Made by a program: the position numbers and the translations under genes
Notes under the pieces: generated by a model
Databases searched by the model: none
What the model was told of the DNA's origin: nothing
Seen by the model: only the letters and a program-made list of their open reading frames with translations
Source: Somniosus microcephalus
Lineage: Eukaryota
Assembly (NCBI GenBank): GCA_052327205.1
Contig: CM126205.1
Location: forward strand, 274,908,001 to 274,972,000
DNA: 64,000 nt
Direction of reading: 5' to 3'
Part shown: in pieces, positions 63,645 through 64,000 of the stretch
Layout of the letters: the number at the start of each line of letters is the position of its first letter
Position numbering within the stretch: the stretch's first letter is position 1

Positions 63645-64000
63645 CACCACTACTCTTTTGCTTTCTGCTCCTGAGCCAATTTTGTATCCGTGCTGCTACT
63701 GTCCCTATAATCCCATGGGCTTTAATTTTTGTAACAAGTCTATTATGTGGTACTTTGTCAAACGCCTTTTCAAAGTCCATATACACATCAACCGCACTAC
63801 CCTCATCAATCCTCTCCGTTACTTCATCAAATAACTTGATCAAGTTAGTCAAATACAATTTGCCTTTAACAAATCCGTGCTAACTTTCATTTATTAGCCC
63901 ATACTTTTCTAAATGCCAATTAATTTTGTCCTGGATTATTATCTCAAGTTTTCCCACTACTGACATTAGGCTGACTGGCCTGTAGTTGCCAGGTTTATCC

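Larger units (their letters stand above)
62630..64000 (-). mobile_element. CR1 LINE RT region (runs off window)
   Basis: [44 protein letters not shown]. Confidence 0.88.

Noticed and set aside
1-64000. CRISPR array, rRNA or prokaryotic system
   Set aside because: No regularly spaced repeat-spacer array or operon structure; the sequence is an intron-rich vertebrate locus.

Overview
Vertebrate genomic DNA, most likely a cartilaginous fish (inferred from SacSINE1-like DeuSINEs, esterase-ORF1 CR1 LINEs and Penelope-like repeats). The window holds eight coding exons (24459-57721, + strand) of a polypeptide GalNAc-transferase of the GALNT3/GALNT6 subfamily, more GALNT6-like. The exons join in frame with GT-AG sites. 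The last lectin-domain exons were not found in the window, and a CpG-rich candidate promoter/exon 1 lies at about 8.7-9.6 kb. Introns and flanks are packed with TEs. There are three complete but decayed Gypsy LTR elements with TSDs, each with a different priming signature (tRNA-Trp, tRNA-Ser, none/possible self-priming), plus a nested solo LTR. Non-LTR content includes CR1, L2, Rex1/Babar and Penelope-like elements and DeuSINEs, alongside Harbinger-, hAT- and Tc1/pogo-type MITEs. The most notable signals are minimal hammerhead ribozyme motifs in the Penelope pseudo-LTRs (one with an intact core), a PBS-less LTR element whose leader pairs with its own LTR, TG...TA LTR ends, a duplicated U5-PBS and splice-site-rich MITEs in host introns. 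All calls were made by eye; no searches were run, and TE boundaries without a TSD are approximate.
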